From contig CAWIIB010000001.1 in the NCBI GenBank assembly GCA_963836075.1, forward strand, positions 1,568,001 to 1,632,000: a DNA stretch of 64,000 nt. The letters are read 5' to 3'. Below the pieces are notes generated by a model that worked only from the letters and a program-made list of their open reading frames with translations, was not told the origin of the DNA and ran no database searches. The DNA is from an uncultured Acidobacteriota bacterium. Lineage in GTDB: Bacteria; Acidobacteriota; JAQAZP01. Below, in pieces: positions 28,265 through 37,903 of the stretch (its first letter is position 1; each line of letters starts with the position of its first letter). The position numbers were made by a program, and so were the translations under genes.

Positions 28265-30515
28265 GGCTGCGCAGGGTATTGAGGTTGAACGGCTTGATCA
28301 ACGAGGCGTCGAACCCGAAATCCCGGCAATTGGCGATCACCGGGTCATCGGCGTAGCCGCTGGTGACCACGGCGATGACGTCGGGATCGATGGCCTTCAG
28401 TTTCCCCACGGCCTCCCGCCCCCCCATCCCCCCCCTAATGGTGAGGTCGAGCAGCAGCAGGTCGAAAGGTTCCTCCGTCTCCTTCGCACGGCTCTGCGCT
28501 TCGATGGCCTCGGCGCCGTTCCGGGCCAACACCACGGTGTGCCCCAGGCGATCAAGAATTCTGGTGGTGGTACTGATCACCGATTCGTCGTCCTCCAGCA
28601 GCAGTACCCGGCAGACCACCGGGGCCGGCCGGATCGCGGCTTCGTCAGCACCATGGTCACCTGCTGCGGCCGAGCTCGCCGGAAGGTGAAAGACCACCGT
28701 GGTGCCCTCTCCGGGCGATGACTCCACTGAGATGTGCCCCTTGTGTTTCTCGATCACCGAATGGCAGACGGCCAGGCCGATACCGGTCCCTTTCTCTGCA
28801 CCGAGTCTCTTGGTGGAAAAATAGGGATTGAAGACCCGCAACAGATCGGCCTTCCCTATTCCCCTTCCCTGGTCCTTCACCGAAACCCTGATGTATCCGC
28901 CACCGGGCAGTGCCAGGGGGGAGTCTTCACCCAGTAAGACGTTGGCCGCCGCCACCTGCACCGTACCGCCATCGGGCATCGCCTCCCTGGCATTGGTCAG
29001 CAGGTTGTTCAGCACCTGCCAGATCTGGCCCGAATCCACCACCGCCGGCCACAGGTCGTCCGCCAGATCGTATTCGCACCGGATCGCCGACCCGCTCAAG
29101 GAAAAGTCGCAGGTGTTGAGAATCAGGTCGCGTATGGAGGTGGTCTGCAGCACCGGGCTGCCGCCCTTGGAGAAGGTGAGCAACTGGCCGGTCAGTTTTC
29201 TGGCCTGCTCCATGGCGGCCACCGCTTCCTCGAGAGACTTCGCCGCACGGGAACCTTCTTCCAGGTCCAGCGAGGCCAGTTCGATGTTGCCAAAGATGGC
29301 GGTGAGCAGGTTGTTGAAGTCATGGGCGATACCGCCGGCCAGCAGACCCAGCGACTGGAGGTGTTCAACCTTCCGGGTTTCCTCCTCGTGCCGCACGCGC
29401 ATGGTGATTTCCCGGTCGATGCCGCGAAACCCCACCAGTTCACCATCGCTGTCCAGGATCGGTTCGCCGCTGGTCTCCATCACCACTTCACGGCCGTCCC
29501 GGTGCAGGCTGCGGTTGACCAGGCCCACAAAGGGCAACCCGCTGGCGCGGTTCGAGTCGAATGTCGCCCTGGTCCGTTCGGCTTCTTCAGGCGGCATGAA
29601 CTCGTAGAACGCCCGGCCCACCACATCCTGGGGGGAATAGCCGAGAATCGACGACACACTGGGGCTGGAATAGGTGTAGACCCCCTCCCGGTCCACTTCC
29701 CAGATCCAGTCGCTGGAGGATTCCACCAGGCTGCGGAACCGCTCCTCGCTCTCCCGCAACCTCGCCTCGGCCTGCAACCGTTCGGCAATCTCTCTCGACA
29801 GTTCATCGTTGGCGGCCTCCAACTGGCCGGTCCGCAGGTTCACCGTCTGTTCCAGGTCCTCCTTGATCAGCCGCAGCTCGGTTTCGGCCTTTCGCCGCTC
29901 CTCGATTTCATGGCTGTTCTCGTGTCTCAAGGTGAGCGAGTTGACGATCATCCGGCCCATGTTGGAGGAGAGCACCAGGTAGGCCCCGCCAAAAATAGCC
30001 ATCATCAGCCCCATGACCAGGTGCAGGTTGTCTCCGTAGAGGACGAAGATGACGATCACCGGCACGCAGAGCAGCGCGGTGAAAATCCGCATGGTGACCT
30101 TCAACGCAGCCATGGAACCCGCCGCCCCGGCAATGAGACCGCCCAGGACAAAGGCGATGAACACATTGGTCTGAGGTGACTCTGGCGAACAGAAGAGGAT
30201 TGGCGCCAGTCCCCAGGCAACCCCTGACATCTGGGCACTGATCGAATAGAGCGTCAGCCACCGCTCCTGGGTCAGGCGCTGGCCCGCAAACCCTCGATGC
30301 ACGTAGTAGAGAACAAAACGGAAAGCGATGATCGTCCAGACCACCCCCAGCCAGGTGAACAGGATCCCGCTGGGGAAAAGATTCCAGAGGACCAGAACCA
30401 TCAGCGTGGACAGCAGGAGGGTGGCGTAGAGCGCAGCGGGAAGCTGGGAGAAGATCTGGGCCACCAGTTCCCTGAACAGGTGGCGCTGTTCGGGATTGTT
30501 TGCCAGCCTATTCAT
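28230..30515 (-). CDS. Membrane hybrid sensor histidine kinase (TM-PAS-HisKA-HATPase-REC)
   Basis: Several TM helices, PAS (SSDWIWEVD), H-box AGGIAHDFNNLL, N/G boxes and receiver LLLLDLTIRGGMGG. Start uncertain. Confidence 0.92.
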   Translation of the reverse strand: MNRLANNPEQRHLFRELVAQIFSQLPAALYATLLLSTLMVLVLWNLFPSGILFTWLGVVWTIIAFRFVLYYVHRGFAGQRLTQERWLTLYSISAQMSGVAWGLAPILFCSPESPQTNVFIAFVLGGLIAGAAGSMAALKVTMRIFTALLCVPVIVIFVLYGDNLHLVMGLMMAIFGGAYLVLSSNMGRMIVNSLTLRHENSHEIEERRKAETELRLIKEDLEQTVNLRTGQLEAANDELSREIAERLQAEARLRESEERFRSLVESSSDWIWEVDREGVYTYSSPSVSSILGYSPQDVVGRAFYEFMPPEEAERTRATFDSNRASGLPFVGLVNRSLHRDGREVVMETSGEPILDSDGELVGFRGIDREITMRVRHEEETRKVEHLQSLGLLAGGIAHDFNNLLTAIFGNIELASLDLEEGSRAAKSLEEAVAAMEQARKLTGQLLTFSKGGSPVLQTTSIRDLILNTCDFSLSGSAIRCEYDLADDLWPAVVDSGQIWQVLNNLLTNAREAMPDGGTVQVAAANVLLGEDSPLALPGGGYIRVSVKDQGRGIGKADLLRVFNPYFSTKRLGAEKGTGIGLAVCHSVIEKHKGHISVESSPGEGTTVVFHLPASSAAAGDHGADEAAIRPAPVVCRVLLLEDDESVISTTTRILDRLGHTVVLARNGAEAIEAQSRAKETEEPFDLLLLDLTIRGGMGGREAVGKLKAIDPDVIAVVTSGYADDPVIANCRDFGFDASLIKPFNLNTLRSLIEDLVQDRSS

Positions 30516-30697
30516 CCGGATTCCATGGGGATGCCCCGCCTGACGGGGAACAGATGATTCCTGAAGTCCGTCATGATAAACAAGCGTTTTCCGGATTGTC
30601 AAACCATCTTCAGGAATACCGCGGTCAATGTCATCGGCAACAGCTGGCCCGGATGCGATACACTGGGGTTGTTACTATCATTGCCGGGAGCAGTATT

Positions 30698-31810
30698 GTG
30701 CGATCATCAGAACCCAGACTGATCACGCCGCGCCGCGCACCGCATTTCCGCCGGCGCCTGCTGGACTGGTATGACCGGCACCGCCGGGACTACCCCTGGC
30801 GAGAGACATCCGACCCCTATGCCGTCTGGGTTTCGGAAGTGATGCTGCAACAGACCCAGACCGGTCGGGTCATGGAATACTACCGCCCGTTTCTCGAGCG
30901 CTTCCCCGACGTGGCGGCGCTGGCCGCCGCCGATCTGGTGGATGTGCTCAAGGCCTGGGAGATGCTCGGCTACTATGCCCGGGCCCGGAACCTCCACGCG
31001 GCCGCGAGCCAGGTTGTGCGCGAGCATGGTGGACGGGTGCCCGGGGGATACGAACAGTTTCGCGCCCTGCCCGGCGTGGGCGACTACACCGCCGCGGCGG
31101 TGACCAGCATCGCCGGCGGCCAGGAGCGGGCCGTGGTGGACGGCAACGTCAAGCGGGTGCTGGCCCGGCTTTTTCTCCTCGACACACCGGTGAACAGCGC
31201 TTCATCCCGGCCTCTCTTCCAGCAGCATGCCGATGCCCTGCTGCACCGCGGGCGCCCCGGCGACTTCAACCAGGCACTGATGGAGTTCGGCGCCCGGATC
31301 TGCCGCCCACGCACCCCCCGCTGCGATGACTGCCCGGTGAGCGTCTACTGCGGGGCCTTTCAGACCGGCCGCCAACGGGAGCTGCCGCAGCGGGTTCAGC
31401 GCAGCCGCAGCCCCCTGCGGAAGGTGGCGGTGGGGGTGGTCCAGCGGCGGGGCCGGATCCTGATCACCAGGCGGGCGCCCACCGGGCTGCTGGGCGGGTT
31501 GTGGGAGTTTCCCGGGGGCGGAGTGCGGAAGGGGGAGACCGCGGAAGAAGCCTGCCGGCGGGAAATCAGGGAGGAAACCGGCCTGGAGGTGGCGGTGGTG
31601 GAGAAACTGACCCGGGTGCGCCACGCCTACTCCCACTTCCGCATCGAGATGGACGTCTTCCGCTGCCGCTGCCTTTCCGGCCGGGTGAAGCTGGACGGAC
31701 CGGTGGATCACCGCTGGATCCGGCCGGGAGAGATCAACCGTTTTCCGCTGCCCGCGGCCAACCACAAATTCCTTCACCTGCTGGACGTGCGCGGACCGGC
31801 CGACGGCTGA
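30698..31810 (+). CDS. mutY: A/G-specific adenine glycosylase with C-terminal Nudix domain
   Basis: WVSEVMLQQT, LGYYARARNL, HhH LPGVGDYTA, VDGNVKRV and the Fe-S loop C-x6-C-x2-C-x5-C. GTG start after GGAG. Confidence 0.95.
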   Translation: MRSSEPRLITPRRAPHFRRRLLDWYDRHRRDYPWRETSDPYAVWVSEVMLQQTQTGRVMEYYRPFLERFPDVAALAAADLVDVLKAWEMLGYYARARNLHAAASQVVREHGGRVPGGYEQFRALPGVGDYTAAAVTSIAGGQERAVVDGNVKRVLARLFLLDTPVNSASSRPLFQQHADALLHRGRPGDFNQALMEFGARICRPRTPRCDDCPVSVYCGAFQTGRQRELPQRVQRSRSPLRKVAVGVVQRRGRILITRRAPTGLLGGLWEFPGGGVRKGETAEEACRREIREETGLEVAVVEKLTRVRHAYSHFRIEMDVFRCRCLSGRVKLDGPVDHRWIRPGEINRFPLPAANHKFLHLLDVRGPADG

Positions 31811-31910
31811 TAGTTCTTGCACCAAGCCCCGCTCCCCGTAATAATGAGTTGCCCCAGCCAGGGCCGATACCCGACGGGTTGCCTGTTACGCCGCATGCGG
31901 CGGCAGAGGA

Positions 31911-34900
31911 ATGATTGTGAAAACTTATCATACGTCTCCGTTCTTCCACTGGTCGTTTCTGCGCCGCCTGGCTTTCCTGTCCGCCCTGGCCGCCGCCTGT
32001 CTGCTGATCGCTCTCCGGATCGGGCATGCGCCGCAACCGGAGCGGACGCTGCCGAAGGCGCCGAACCCCTGGTTCCACGCCGAGCGTGCCTATCCCCTGG
32101 GCCACATCCCGCTGGAACACTGGCGCAGCGCCAAAGAGCAGGCCCGGCTGCTCAAGTCACAGGCCCCGGCCCGCGGCGGCAGCTGGATCCCCCGGGGGCC
32201 GACCAACGTGGGTGGACGGGTGACCGACGTGGTCGTCGATCCCCTGGACGACGACATCATCTACGCCGGGGCCGCCGAGGGCGGTGTGCTGCGCAGCACC
32301 GACGGCGGACAGCACTGGACGCCACTCTTCGACCAGCAGCCGAGCCTCTCCATCGGCGCCCTGGCCATAGACCCCACGGACCGCCAGACGATCTACGCCG
32401 GCACCGGTGAGGTGAACCCGGGCGGAGGCAGCGTGGCCTACGGCGGGGCGGGCCTTTTCCGCTCCACCGACATGGGTGAGAGCTGGACCGCCCTGGGGCT
32501 GGAGAACAGCGGTTCCATCGGCCGGATAAGGATCGACCCCTCGGACAACCAGCGGATATTCGTCGCCGTGATGGGCCACCTCTGGGAAGGCTCCACCGAC
32601 CGGGGTGTCTACCGCAGCACCGATGGCGGGGCCAGCTGGGAGAATGTCCTCTACAGCGGGACAGAGACCGGCTGCGTGGACCTGGTGATGCGGCCGGACA
32701 ACCCCGATGTGCTCTTCGCCGCCATGTGGGAGCGGATCCGCCAGCCCGAGTTCTACCGCTACGGCGGCGCCACCTGCGGTGTCCACCGCACCACCGACGG
32801 CGGGGACAGCTGGTCCCAGGTGGGCGGCGGGCTGCCGGCGGCCACGGCCAACAGCGGCCGCATCGGCCTCAGCCTCTGCCAGGATCAGCCGGACGTGATG
32901 CACGCGGTCTACGCCGACCGCACCGGCTACTTTGACGGGCTCTACGTCACGAGCAACGGCGGCAGCAGCTGGACCCGGACCAATGACGGCAGCATCTCCG
33001 GCGTCTTCTCCTCCTACGGCTGGTGGTTCGGCAACGTGCGGACCCACCCCCGCGACCCCGACACCATCTTTGTCCTCGGCCTCGACTTCTACCGCAGCAC
33101 CAACGGCGGCAGTTCCTGGTCCTGGGCCGGAGGCTCGATGCACGTGGACCACCACGCCCTCGACTTCGGCCCCGGCACGGACCCGGTGATCTACGAAGGC
33201 AACGACGGCGGGGTCTACCGCTCCACCAACGGCGGCACCGGCTGGGTCAAGCTGCCCGACCTGCCGATCACCCAGGTCTACCGCGCGGCCCTCGACGCCG
33301 GCAACCCCGACGCCCTCTACCACGGCGCCCAGGACAACGGCACCATCCGCACCCTCACCGGGGCGCTGGACGACTGGCAGATGATCTACGGCGGGGACGG
33401 GTTCCAGCCGCTGGTCCACCCCCTCGACTCCAGCCGCCTCTGGGCCCAGTATCAGTACGGCGAACTGGTCTATTCAGGCAACGGCGGATCGTCATTTTCC
33501 GGGGCCACCAGCGGCATCGGCGGCGGTGACCGCCGCAACTGGAACTCGCCGCTGAGCCAGGATCCCACCGCTCCCGACCGCCGCTACTTCGGCACCAACA
33601 AGGTCTACCGCAGCACCGGCAACACCAGCTGGACCGCGGTCAGCCCGGACCTCACCGGCGGGCCGCACTCCGGCAACCCGGGCCAGGTCAACGGCACCCT
33701 GACCACCCTGGCGGTATCACCGCTGGACGGCCAGGTAATCTGGGCCGGAAGCGACGACGGACAGGTCTCGGTGACCGCCGACGGCGGCGGCGACTGGGCC
33801 GATGTCTCGGCCGGTCTGCCGGTCCGCTGGGTCACCACTGTCCGGCCGTCCCCCCGCGACCGGGAGGCGGCCCTGGTCACCATCTCCGGCTTCCGCTGGA
33901 ACGAACCGCTGCCCCACATCTTCCGCACCACCGACCTGGGCCAGAGCTGGACGCCGGTGTCCGGCAACCTGCCCGAAGCGCCGGTCAACGACCTGGTGAT
34001 CGACCCGTCGATAACCGGCCGCTGGTACGCCGCCACCGACGTGGGGGTTTTCGAGACGTTGAACAGCGGCGAGAGCTGGCACGCTTTGGGCGCCGGCCTG
34101 CCCGAGGTGGTGGTCAACAGCCTGGTTTTCCAGGAGCAAACCCGTACCCTGGTGGCCGGGACCTACGGCCGCAGCTTTTTCTCCATGGTGGTTGGCGACG
34201 GCACGGGGCTGCCGCGAATCGTCACCGGCCCCGGCCCCGGCAGTGACAACCCGCCGCTGGTCCGCACCTTCGACCCCCAGGCAACGGGTTCCCACCTCTC
34301 CCAGTGGACGGCCTACGGGGTGGACGCCTTTGGCGTGAACACCGCCTGCGGCGACCTGGACGGTGATGGGCTGGACGACGTGGTCACCGGGCCGGGCCCC
34401 GGCGCCATCTTCGGCCCGCACATCCGCGCCTTTGACGGCGGGGGGACCCCGCTGCCGCAAGTGAACCTGCAGGCCTACGGCACACTGAAGTACGGGGTCA
34501 ACGTGGCCTGCGGCGACATCGACGGCGACGGCTTCGACGAAATAGTCTCCGGCGCCGGTCCGGGGACCGTGTTCGGGCCCCACGTGCGCGGGTGGAACGT
34601 GGACGGCTCAACGGCCGCGGCCATCCCGGGGGTCAGCTACATGGCCTACGGCACGAACAAGTACGGGGTCAACGTGGCCTGCGGCGACATCGACGGCGAC
34701 GGCTTTGACGAAATCGTCACCGGCGCCGGGCCGGGAGCCGTGTTCGGGCCCCACGTCCGGGGCTGGGACCATGACGGCAGCGGGACCACCGTGCCGATCC
34801 CCGGGGTGAACTACTTTGCCTACGGCACGCTAAAATGGGGGGTCAACGTAGCCTGCGGCGACATCGACGGCGACGGCTTCGACGAGATCATCACCGGCGC

Positions 34901-35222
34901 CGGGCCGGGTGAGATCTTTGGCGCGCACCTCCGGGCCTGGGACTACGACGGGGTCGCGCTGACCCCGGTGGCGGCGGTGAACCTCTTCGCCTATCCCCTG
35001 GCTGACTCCCGTTTCGGCCTCAGGGTGTCGACCCTCGACCTGGACAATGACGGCACCGCCGAAATACTCACCGTTCCCGGACCCGACCCGGCCCGCCCCG
35101 CCCTGGTGCGGGCCTGGAAGGTGGGCGGCGGCTCCACCACGCTGGTCGATACGGTGGACTTCGACGCGTATTCAGACCTGCAGCTGACCAGCGGGGGCGC
35201 TATCGCCGGCGGTGGTTTTTAG
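31911..35222 (+). CDS. Exported VPS10/BNR (Asp-box) repeat beta-propeller protein with C-terminal module B
   Basis: GPTNVGGR, many STDGGxSW Asp-boxes, HVDHH, GAQDNG and GTYGRS, then six GPGP repeats. Confidence 0.88.
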   Translation: MIVKTYHTSPFFHWSFLRRLAFLSALAAACLLIALRIGHAPQPERTLPKAPNPWFHAERAYPLGHIPLEHWRSAKEQARLLKSQAPARGGSWIPRGPTNVGGRVTDVVVDPLDDDIIYAGAAEGGVLRSTDGGQHWTPLFDQQPSLSIGALAIDPTDRQTIYAGTGEVNPGGGSVAYGGAGLFRSTDMGESWTALGLENSGSIGRIRIDPSDNQRIFVAVMGHLWEGSTDRGVYRSTDGGASWENVLYSGTETGCVDLVMRPDNPDVLFAAMWERIRQPEFYRYGGATCGVHRTTDGGDSWSQVGGGLPAATANSGRIGLSLCQDQPDVMHAVYADRTGYFDGLYVTSNGGSSWTRTNDGSISGVFSSYGWWFGNVRTHPRDPDTIFVLGLDFYRSTNGGSSWSWAGGSMHVDHHALDFGPGTDPVIYEGNDGGVYRSTNGGTGWVKLPDLPITQVYRAALDAGNPDALYHGAQDNGTIRTLTGALDDWQMIYGGDGFQPLVHPLDSSRLWAQYQYGELVYSGNGGSSFSGATSGIGGGDRRNWNSPLSQDPTAPDRRYFGTNKVYRSTGNTSWTAVSPDLTGGPHSGNPGQVNGTLTTLAVSPLDGQVIWAGSDDGQVSVTADGGGDWADVSAGLPVRWVTTVRPSPRDREAALVTISGFRWNEPLPHIFRTTDLGQSWTPVSGNLPEAPVNDLVIDPSITGRWYAATDVGVFETLNSGESWHALGAGLPEVVVNSLVFQEQTRTLVAGTYGRSFFSMVVGDGTGLPRIVTGPGPGSDNPPLVRTFDPQATGSHLSQWTAYGVDAFGVNTACGDLDGDGLDDVVTGPGPGAIFGPHIRAFDGGGTPLPQVNLQAYGTLKYGVNVACGDIDGDGFDEIVSGAGPGTVFGPHVRGWNVDGSTAAAIPGVSYMAYGTNKYGVNVACGDIDGDGFDEIVTGAGPGAVFGPHVRGWDHDGSGTTVPIPGVNYFAYGTLKWGVNVACGDIDGDGFDEIITGAGPGEIFGAHLRAWDYDGVALTPVAAVNLFAYPLADSRFGLRVSTLDLDNDGTAEILTVPGPDPARPALVRAWKVGGGSTTLVDTVDFDAYSDLQLTSGGAIAGGGF
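34212..35222 (+). repeat. C-terminal module B, copy 3
   Basis: Ends DFDAYSDLQLTSGGAIAGGGF, matching the clostripain end DFDAYQDLQLMMGGTAAGGVY. Confidence 0.88.
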
Positions 35223-35325
35223 CGGCGTCACCGATTCCGCACCGTGGAAGGCCCGCCGGGCCGGGGTGCAGTTCAGCCCGCAGCGGGCCGAAGAGAACCT
35301 TGTGGACCACCGATGGAGGGCGGCG

Positions 35326-35883
35326 ATGATTTTCTCACTTGTTCCGATTCTGATCGCGGCGGCGATTCTCTTCTGGGGAGTCAGCATCTACAACAATCTG
35401 GTAAAGTCGCGAAACCTCGTCGCGGAGGGCGCCAGCGGTATCGACGTGCAGCTGAAACGCCGCGCGGACCTGATCCCCAATCTCCTGGAAACGGTGAAGG
35501 GATACATGGCCCACGAGAAAGGCACCCTCGAGGAAGTGACCCGCATGCGGGCCCGCTGCGCCGACGCCGGCAGCCTCGGTGAGAAAGGCCAGGCCGAAGG
35601 CCTGCTTGGCGCCGCGCTGGGCCGGCTCTTCGCCGTGGCGGAGAACTACCCCGACCTGAAGGCGGATAAAAACTTCGCCGAATTGCAGGAATCGCTGGAG
35701 AAGATCGAAGAAGAGATCCAGTTGGCCCGCCGTTACTACAACGGGACGGCGCGAAACATGAACATCCTGGTGGAGTCCTTCCCCTCGAACCTGGTGGCCC
35801 GGGGCTTCGGCTTCAATACGGCCGAGTATTTCGAGATCGAGATCCCGGGGGACCGCCAGGTGCCGAAAGTGGAATTCAGCTGA
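35326..35883 (+). CDS. lemA: LemA family protein
   Basis: YNNLV, IDVQLKRRADLIPNL, AVAENYPDLKA and RRYYN. GGAGG RBS. Confidence 0.95.
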   Translation: MIFSLVPILIAAAILFWGVSIYNNLVKSRNLVAEGASGIDVQLKRRADLIPNLLETVKGYMAHEKGTLEEVTRMRARCADAGSLGEKGQAEGLLGAALGRLFAVAENYPDLKADKNFAELQESLEKIEEEIQLARRYYNGTARNMNILVESFPSNLVARGFGFNTAEYFEIEIPGDRQVPKVEFS

Positions 35884-35886
35884 AAC

Positions 35887-37818
35887 ATGTCTTTCCTGCG
35901 CACAGTGCTGCTGCTCCTGGTCCTGGTGGGGCTGCTCCTTCCGGCGGCGCCGGCAGGGGCGGACCAGGGCGTCGAGCGGATTCTGCTCTTCAGCAGCCGG
36001 ATTCGCGTCGACCCGGATTCCAGTGTCACGGTCACCGAGACGATCCAGGTCAACTGCCGCCGGGAAGAGATCAAGCGGGGCATTGTCCGCGCGTTTCCCA
36101 CCACCTACATCAACCGCTTCCACAAGCGGGTCACGGTGCGCTTCGAGGTGACCGAAGTGACTCGTGACGGCCGCCCCGAACCCTACCACCTGGAAAAGGC
36201 CCCCAACGGGATCCGGATCTTTGTGGGCCGGAGCGACGTGTTCCTGGACGCCGGTGAGTACACCTACACCCTGACCTACGTCACCGACCGGCAGCTGGGC
36301 TACTTCGACACCTTTGACGAACTCTACTGGAACGTCACCGGCAGCCAGTGGAGCCTGCCCATTGACCGGGCCGAGGCGGAGATCGAGCTGCCCGCCGGCG
36401 CCCGGGTGCTGGAGCACTCCGGCTATACCGGCCCGGATGGCGCCACGGGAAACGACTACCAGGCAGATCAATCCGGCGGGAACCGGATGGCCTTCAGCAC
36501 CACCAGGCCGCTGAAGCCGTACGAGGGGCTCACCGTGGCCGTCTCCTGGCCCAAAGGCCTGGTCCAGCAGCCCTCCACCGCGGAAAACCTCGGCACCATG
36601 CTGAAAGACAACGCCGCGGCCATCGCCGGCCTCTGCTGGTTTGTCTTCCTGCTGCTCTACTACTTCGCCGCCTGGCTGGCCGTGGGCCGCGACCCGGCCC
36701 GGGGCACCGTCATCCCGCTGTTCGAGCCGCCCAAGGGGCTCTCGCCGGCGGCCATGCGTTTTGTCCACCGCATGGGCTTCGACCACAAGACCTTTGCCGC
36801 GGCCGTGGTCAACCTGGCGGTGAAGGGCAAGCTGACGATCAAGGAGAAGGACAAAGTCTTCACCGTGCGTAAAATATCCGGCAGCGGCAACGACGGTCTG
36901 AGCCGGGGCGAGAAAAAGGTGCTGGACAAACTGCTGGCGGGAAGAGCCGCCATCACCCTCAAGAACACCAACCACAAAACGATCAGCGGGGCGATGAACG
37001 GCCTGAAGTCGAGCCTGCGGGACGAATGCGAGAAGGTCTACTTCGTGGTCAACCGGGCCTTCTTCTTCCCCGGACTGGCCTTGACCCTGCTGGCCGTACT
37101 CTCCATCGTGCTCATGCCACCCATCCGGCCGGAAGCGCTGTTCATCTCCCTCTGGCTCTCCATCTGGAGCTTCGGCGTCTTCTTCATGGTGCTCAAACTG
37201 TGGCGTCTCCTGCGTGACGCCATTACCCGGCGGGAGGGACGAGTGGCCGCCCTGATCCAGGCACTGGTGCTGGGCGCGTTTTTGACCCCCTTCCTGGGCG
37301 GAGAGGTGGTTGGCCTGGCGTTCTTTGCCAGGGCCGTCTCCCCGGCCGCCACCGTGGCCCTGGCGGGAATCCTCTTGCTCAACGTCCTCTTCTACCAGTT
37401 GCTCAAGGCCCCCACTCCGGTGGGCCGCAAGCTGATGGACCGCATCGAGGGCTTCCGTCTCTTCCTCTCGGTGGCGGAAAAGGAGCGCCTGGAGTTTCTG
37501 CACCCGCCCGACCGTACCCCGGAACTGTTCGAGCGGTATCTGCCCCACGCCATGGCGCTGGACGTGGAGAACCAGTGGAGCGAACAGTTCGAGAAGGTTC
37601 TGGCGGTGGGGCCGGAAGAGAGCGGCGCCTGGTCCCCGTCCTGGTATTCCGGTAGATCCTGGACCGGGCTCAACACATCCAGTTTCGCCTCCGGGCTGGG
37701 CAGCAGCTTTTCCGGAGCCATCGCCTCGTCCTCCACCGCGCCGGGCTCCTCCTCGGGCAGCGGCGGCGGCGGTTCATCCGGGGGCGGCGGTGGCGGCGGC
37801 GGGGGGGGCGGCTGGTAG
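35887..37818 (+). CDS. DUF2207 membrane protein
   Basis: DELYWNVTG, FERYLPHAMAL and a Gly-rich GGGGGGW C-terminus. Usual LemA partner. Confidence 0.92.
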   Translation: MSFLRTVLLLLVLVGLLLPAAPAGADQGVERILLFSSRIRVDPDSSVTVTETIQVNCRREEIKRGIVRAFPTTYINRFHKRVTVRFEVTEVTRDGRPEPYHLEKAPNGIRIFVGRSDVFLDAGEYTYTLTYVTDRQLGYFDTFDELYWNVTGSQWSLPIDRAEAEIELPAGARVLEHSGYTGPDGATGNDYQADQSGGNRMAFSTTRPLKPYEGLTVAVSWPKGLVQQPSTAENLGTMLKDNAAAIAGLCWFVFLLLYYFAAWLAVGRDPARGTVIPLFEPPKGLSPAAMRFVHRMGFDHKTFAAAVVNLAVKGKLTIKEKDKVFTVRKISGSGNDGLSRGEKKVLDKLLAGRAAITLKNTNHKTISGAMNGLKSSLRDECEKVYFVVNRAFFFPGLALTLLAVLSIVLMPPIRPEALFISLWLSIWSFGVFFMVLKLWRLLRDAITRREGRVAALIQALVLGAFLTPFLGGEVVGLAFFARAVSPAATVALAGILLLNVLFYQLLKAPTPVGRKLMDRIEGFRLFLSVAEKERLEFLHPPDRTPELFERYLPHAMALDVENQWSEQFEKVLAVGPEESGAWSPSWYSGRSWTGLNTSSFASGLGSSFSGAIASSSTAPGSSSGSGGGGSSGGGGGGGGGGGW

Positions 37819-37903
37819 CGGGTCTTGAATATCGGTCCGGTTGAGGGATAATGACCTCGGCAACAATCCCTGCGGCAGCCACACGATCTTTCGGAGAGGG
37901 CCG

